Source: an uncultured Planctomycetaceae bacterium (lineage in GTDB: Bacteria; Planctomycetota; Planctomycetia; Isosphaerales; Isosphaeraceae). From it: a DNA stretch of 64,000 nucleotides. Shown in pieces: positions 60,095 through 64,000 of this stretch. The first letter of the stretch is position 1. Every line of letters starts with the position of its first letter. The notes under the pieces were generated by a model. That model saw nothing but the letters and a program-made list of their open reading frames with translations. It did not search any database and had not been told where the DNA came from. The stretch lies in contig CAWIAD010000001.1 of NCBI GenBank assembly GCA_963833985.1, positions 2,400,001-2,464,000 of the forward strand, read 5' to 3'. A program made the position numbers and the translations under genes.

Positions 60095-62917
60095 ATGAAA
60101 TCAGCGGGCATCCCCAATTCGATGATCCTGTCCGTCGGCTCCTGGGCCTTCAGTGCCGCCCACGGGGAGTCCGTGCGCATTCTCGATGTCGAGACGGTTT
60201 GGAGCCACACCGTCTATCAGGTCTGGATTCCCCGTCTGGCCACGGTCGAACGAGTTCCCGCCGAATCACTGTCCCCGGATCAACCGACGAAGGCGACCAG
60301 CCTCGATCGGATCACCTACGCCGTGGCCGCCGCAAGGATCGCCGACGCTTTGACCCAGGACGTCTTGCTGGCCCCGCTCGAAGCCGGCGTGATCCCCCTG
60401 CCGCATCAGTTGCACGCGCTCACTCGTGCCGTCACCGGCGACCGGGTTCGTTACCTCCTGGCCGATGAGGTCGGCCTGGGCAAGACGATCGAAGCCGGGC
60501 TGATCTTCCGGGAACTCAAGCTGCGCGGGCTCGTGAAGCGGGTTCTGGTCGTCGCCCCCAAGGGCCTCGTGCCCCAATGGGTCCAGGAGATGCAGACCCA
60601 TTTCGGCGAGGAGTTCCGGCTCCTCATTCCCAGCGAGTTCTCCGCGTGGCGGAATCTCACGGGAGCCGAGAACGTCTGGCGGCAGTTCGATCAGGTCGTC
60701 TGCCCCGCCGATTCCATCAAGCCGATCGAACGACGACGAGGCTGGTCCCGCGAGAAGCTCGAAGCGTACAACCAGGAACGCCTCGGCGACTTGATCGACG
60801 CCGGTTGGGATCTGATCATCTGCGACGAAGCCCACCGGCTCGGCGGCAGCACGGAACAGGTCGCCCGCTATCGCCTGGGCAGGGCTCTCGCCGAGGCCGC
60901 CCCGTATTTGCTCTTGCTCTCGGCCACGCCGCACCAGGGGAAGACGGCGGGATTTCAGCGGCTCATGGCTCTTCTGGACCGAGATGAGTTCATCGCCGCC
61001 GGTTCCATTCGCCGCGAAAAAGTCGTCCCGTTCGTAATCCGTACCGAGAAGCGGCGGGCCATCAACGACCGTGGCGATCCGTTGTTCATGCCTCGGGTGA
61101 CCAAACTCATGCCCGTGCGTTGGGACGACGAGAAGCACAGGCTCCAGAAGCACCTGTACGAGTCGGTCACGGAGTACGTTCGCCTCGGCTACAACCAGGC
61201 GATGCGGCAGAACCGCCAGTACCTCGGCTTCCTAATGATCCTGATGCAGCGGCTCGTCACAAGCAGCACGCAAGCGATCGCCACGGCAATGGAGCGGCGG
61301 CTCGAAACGCTGCACGCGACCAACATCACGGCCATCGACGAGGAAGAGCCCGAAGCCAACCTGGACGAACAGGACGGCCAGGAGCAGTTGGAAGAACTGC
61401 TGGCGATCCGGCTGGCTGGCCTTCAAAACGAGAAGGAAGAGGTCAAACTCCTCCTCGACCTAGCTCGCCGTTGTCAGGCCCAGGGTCCCGACGCACGGGC
61501 TGAGACGCTCCTCGACATCCTTTACGAGAACCAGCGGGACGAGAACAACCCGGAGTTGAAGTACCTGATCTTCACCGAGTTCGTGCCGACGCAGAACATG
61601 CTCCGCGATTTCTTAGAGCAGCACGGCTTCTCGGTCGCTTGCCTCAACGGCTCGATGGACCTAGAGGACCGACGTCGCGTCCAACGTCAGTTCGCCGAGA
61701 AGGCTCGCATCCTCGTCTCAACCGATGCCGGTGGCGAAGGTCTGAACCTACAATTCGCTCACATCATCATTAACTACGACTTACCCTGGAACCCCATGCG
61801 GATCGAGCAGCGCATCGGGCGTGTCGATCGTATCGGCCAGAAACTCCCGGTGAAAGCGTTCAACCTGATCTTCGAGAACAGCGTCGAACTTCGTGTCCAG
61901 GAAGTCCTCGAAGACAAGCTGGCGACGATTCTCGATGAGTTCGGCGTGGACAAGACGCAGGACGTTCTCGATTCTGCCGAGAGCGGGGCCGTCTTCGAGC
62001 GGCTCTATGCCCAGGCCATCCTCAACCCCGGTGACATTGAAAAAAACATCGACCTGCTGATCGACGAAGTCCGCGAGCAGGCCAAGGAAGAGATCGCCGG
62101 TCGGTCATACTATGGCGAGACGGTGCTCGATCCGACTCTGGCCCAGAAGCTGAGTAGCCATCCGTTGCCGTTTTGGGTTGAGCGCATGGCGACGGCTTAC
62201 CTGCGCTCCGAAGGCGGCAAGGTGGAGCGAGACTTGTTCGGCTACACCCTGGAGTGGCCCGATGGCACTCGAATGGACCGTGTGTCGTTTCAAAGCCGAG
62301 ACGCCCAGGACAAGGGCCTGCAACATGTCAGCCTGGAAGACCCCCGAATCCGTCGGCTCGTCCAGCAGTTGCCCCGAGTGGTCGCCACCGAGCCGATCCC
62401 TTGCGTTCGTCTTGCCAGCCTGCCCTCCGAGGTCGTCGGCTACTGGTCGTTGTGGCGAATCGCGATCGACAACCGGTCCCTCCGGGACGTGAAGATCATC
62501 CCGATCTTTCACCACGACGACGGCCGCAATCTCGTGCCCACGGCCCGCCACATTTGGGACGTCTTGATGGAGGATCGTCCCGATGTTGAACAGGTTGGAA
62601 CCAAGGCAGGGAGCGAAGTGGAGGCAGTATTCCGAACGCTACGAGCGGAAGCCGAGCGACAGGGTGAAGACGCATTTCACGAACTCTATGCTCGCCACCA
62701 ACAGCGATTAAAGCGAGAGCACGAAAAAGGCCAGTACGCCTTCCAGGCTCGCCGGGAAGCCCTCGATCGTCTTGGGCTCCCGGAAGTGCGACGACATCGT
62801 CTCAAGCGCTTGGGCGAGGAGGAACTTGCCTGGGCTGCCGAGCTACGCAAACGCGAGCAAATTTTGCCAGAGCTTCAGCCGGTCGTTCTCTTGCGAGTGG
62901 AGGCAGGGAATGGCTAA
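60095..62917 (+). CDS. brxHII: BREX-3 SNF2-family helicase BrxHII
   Basis: LPHQ, LLADEVGLGKT, DEAH, LSATPHQG, STDAGGEGLNLQ, PWNPMRIEQRIGRVDRIGQ; start at 60095 or 60122. Confidence 0.9.
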   Translation: MKSAGIPNSMILSVGSWAFSAAHGESVRILDVETVWSHTVYQVWIPRLATVERVPAESLSPDQPTKATSLDRITYAVAAARIADALTQDVLLAPLEAGVIPLPHQLHALTRAVTGDRVRYLLADEVGLGKTIEAGLIFRELKLRGLVKRVLVVAPKGLVPQWVQEMQTHFGEEFRLLIPSEFSAWRNLTGAENVWRQFDQVVCPADSIKPIERRRGWSREKLEAYNQERLGDLIDAGWDLIICDEAHRLGGSTEQVARYRLGRALAEAAPYLLLLSATPHQGKTAGFQRLMALLDRDEFIAAGSIRREKVVPFVIRTEKRRAINDRGDPLFMPRVTKLMPVRWDDEKHRLQKHLYESVTEYVRLGYNQAMRQNRQYLGFLMILMQRLVTSSTQAIATAMERRLETLHATNITAIDEEEPEANLDEQDGQEQLEELLAIRLAGLQNEKEEVKLLLDLARRCQAQGPDARAETLLDILYENQRDENNPELKYLIFTEFVPTQNMLRDFLEQHGFSVACLNGSMDLEDRRRVQRQFAEKARILVSTDAGGEGLNLQFAHIIINYDLPWNPMRIEQRIGRVDRIGQKLPVKAFNLIFENSVELRVQEVLEDKLATILDEFGVDKTQDVLDSAESGAVFERLYAQAILNPGDIEKNIDLLIDEVREQAKEEIAGRSYYGETVLDPTLAQKLSSHPLPFWVERMATAYLRSEGGKVERDLFGYTLEWPDGTRMDRVSFQSRDAQDKGLQHVSLEDPRIRRLVQQLPRVVATEPIPCVRLASLPSEVVGYWSLWRIAIDNRSLRDVKIIPIFHHDDGRNLVPTARHIWDVLMEDRPDVEQVGTKAGSEVEAVFRTLRAEAERQGEDAFHELYARHQQRLKREHEKGQYAFQARREALDRLGLPEVRRHRLKRLGEEELAWAAELRKREQILPELQPVVLLRVEAGNG

Positions 62918-64000
62918 CTGGCGCGACTCGATCCTCAAGAACTTCAAGCCGAAGATTTCGCGACTGACGCTCGTCGCCGACCCCGACGGGTTGCTCACCG
63001 AGGAAGGAATGCTCTCGGCTATCCGGGAACGAGGCTTCGATCTGATCCCGTTTGATGACCCGATAGCGTTCCGCTTTGCGTACGAGTCGCAATATCGCAG
63101 CCAGTGGGACAAGGGCCAGAACACGGACCTAGTGGTAGTCTTGCGTTCCACTGAGCCGCAGTTGAACAAGCTCCCCTTCGATCTGTTGAAGGCGGGTCGG
63201 CATCTGACTTTTGCGTTGCACCAGTTGTTCCCGAAGCTGAACTATCCGGTGATCGCCGGGTTGGATCGTGTGTACCTTGATGCCGTAGAGGAGGCTTACC
63301 AGAAGCACGATGGCAACCAGCTGACCGAACGCGAAACCAAAGAGTTCGTGTTGATGCATTGCTTCAGCATCGTGCCCCAACTCATCAAGAAGCCAGTCGA
63401 GTTGATGAAAGTTCTATTATCCCTTCACTCTCGCAAGGTGCGTCTGCCCGATTTCCTGATTGAGTATCTGCTGGAAAACCTATCGAAAGACGCCACTTTC
63501 AAGAAGTGGCCTCTCGCGGACATTCTCCCCAGCCGGGAGAGTTTTCTGCGCTTTCTACAGGACGAGTGGAGAGGGTTCCTCGGCGTAAGGGCTGAGCCGT
63601 CACGAACCTGCCGAGTCCCATTCAGCCACGAAGATGTGCGAGCCTACATCGACACCTTCTTTCTCGACGGCTCGCTTACGCCTATCGAACTGGAGAGCGA
63701 GACCACATTGCCCGCCTGGGCGCAGACAGGGGTCGTCCGCGATCCCAAGGCCGACGCCATCCGTCGGTTCCGAGCTCTATGGCGAAAGTTCGAGGCGGAA
63801 ATCCCCACCTCAGGTGTATCGCATCGGGAATGGCAGCAAGCGGCAGAACGGTGGGCGGAACTGGTCGTGATGCGTTGGGAATGGGACGAGTCGCTTGAGG
63901 CGACTGACCGGACTGCCTGGATCGAATTACAGAAAACCGTTGAGGACTCCTTCGCTCTTTGGATGATGCAGCGTTACGGCTCTTTGCACAACCTGCCCTA
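62910..64000 (+). CDS. pglZ: BREX-3 phosphatase PglZ (N-terminal part; runs off the window)
   Basis: ATG 62910 overlaps the brxHII end: MANWRDSILKNFKPKISRLTLVADPDGLLTEE..FDDPIAFRFAYESQYR; open to 64000; expected position in BREX-3. Confidence 0.88.
   Translation, partial: MANWRDSILKNFKPKISRLTLVADPDGLLTEEGMLSAIRERGFDLIPFDDPIAFRFAYESQYRSQWDKGQNTDLVVVLRSTEPQLNKLPFDLLKAGRHLTFALHQLFPKLNYPVIAGLDRVYLDAVEEAYQKHDGNQLTERETKEFVLMHCFSIVPQLIKKPVELMKVLLSLHSRKVRLPDFLIEYLLENLSKDATFKKWPLADILPSRESFLRFLQDEWRGFLGVRAEPSRTCRVPFSHEDVRAYIDTFFLDGSLTPIELESETTLPAWAQTGVVRDPKADAIRRFRALWRKFEAEIPTSGVSHREWQQAAERWAELVVMRWEWDESLEATDRTAWIELQKTVEDSFALWMMQRYGSLHNLP

Larger units (their letters stand above)
49063..64000. mobile_element. 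tRNA-Leu-anchored integrative/defence island (left boundary only)
   Basis: Displaced tRNA 3' fragment, nearby TGTTCCCA direct repeats, visibly lower GC and defence cargo; no integrase inside the window. Confidence 0.65.

Overview
High-GC bacterial DNA with strong Planctomycetota hallmarks (DUF1559, TIGR02996, an ECF-kinase pair, PEP-CTERM, a kinase-STAND-FGE protein), probably Isosphaeraceae-like. There are four blocks. (1) 1-12.7 kb: a two-gene hglE/PfaA-like iterative type I PKS locus with neighbouring secreted proteins, an SppA-like peptidase and an NAD-dependent epimerase. PKS1 appears to have lost its N-terminal flavin enoyl-reductase domain, and the PKS2 ketosynthase has Cys->Ser at the catalytic position. 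(2) 12.7-30.5 kb: a GT2-GT2-methyltransferase fusion, a kinase/STAND/FGE protein, a TPR protein, a REP-like doublet, a complete IS1634-family element with TIRs and TSD, a sulfatase-like protein and DUF1559. (3) 30.7-48.2 kb: a ~17-kb protease and signalling block (two trypsin-like proteases, M24 peptidase, PQQ-like propeller, PEP-CTERM, sigma54 activator, ECF sigma, kinase-hydrolase fusion). It is bracketed by inverted tandem arrays of one 22-bp motif, and one array truncates a penicillin-acylase gene. (4) 48.4-64 kb: a DUF433/DUF5615 toxin-antitoxin pair, a 5'-truncated tRNA-Leu(CAA) marking an island boundary, and a type 3 BREX system (XRE regulator-brxF-brxC-pglXI-[AlbA/Schlafen ATP-binding gene]-brxHII-pglZ) running off the right edge. 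Seven genes in the left half are frameshifted, and every break can be repaired at a GCGC(GC) run, which points to a systematic sequencing error rather than real pseudogenes. All family assignments are from motif recognition only; no database searches were run.
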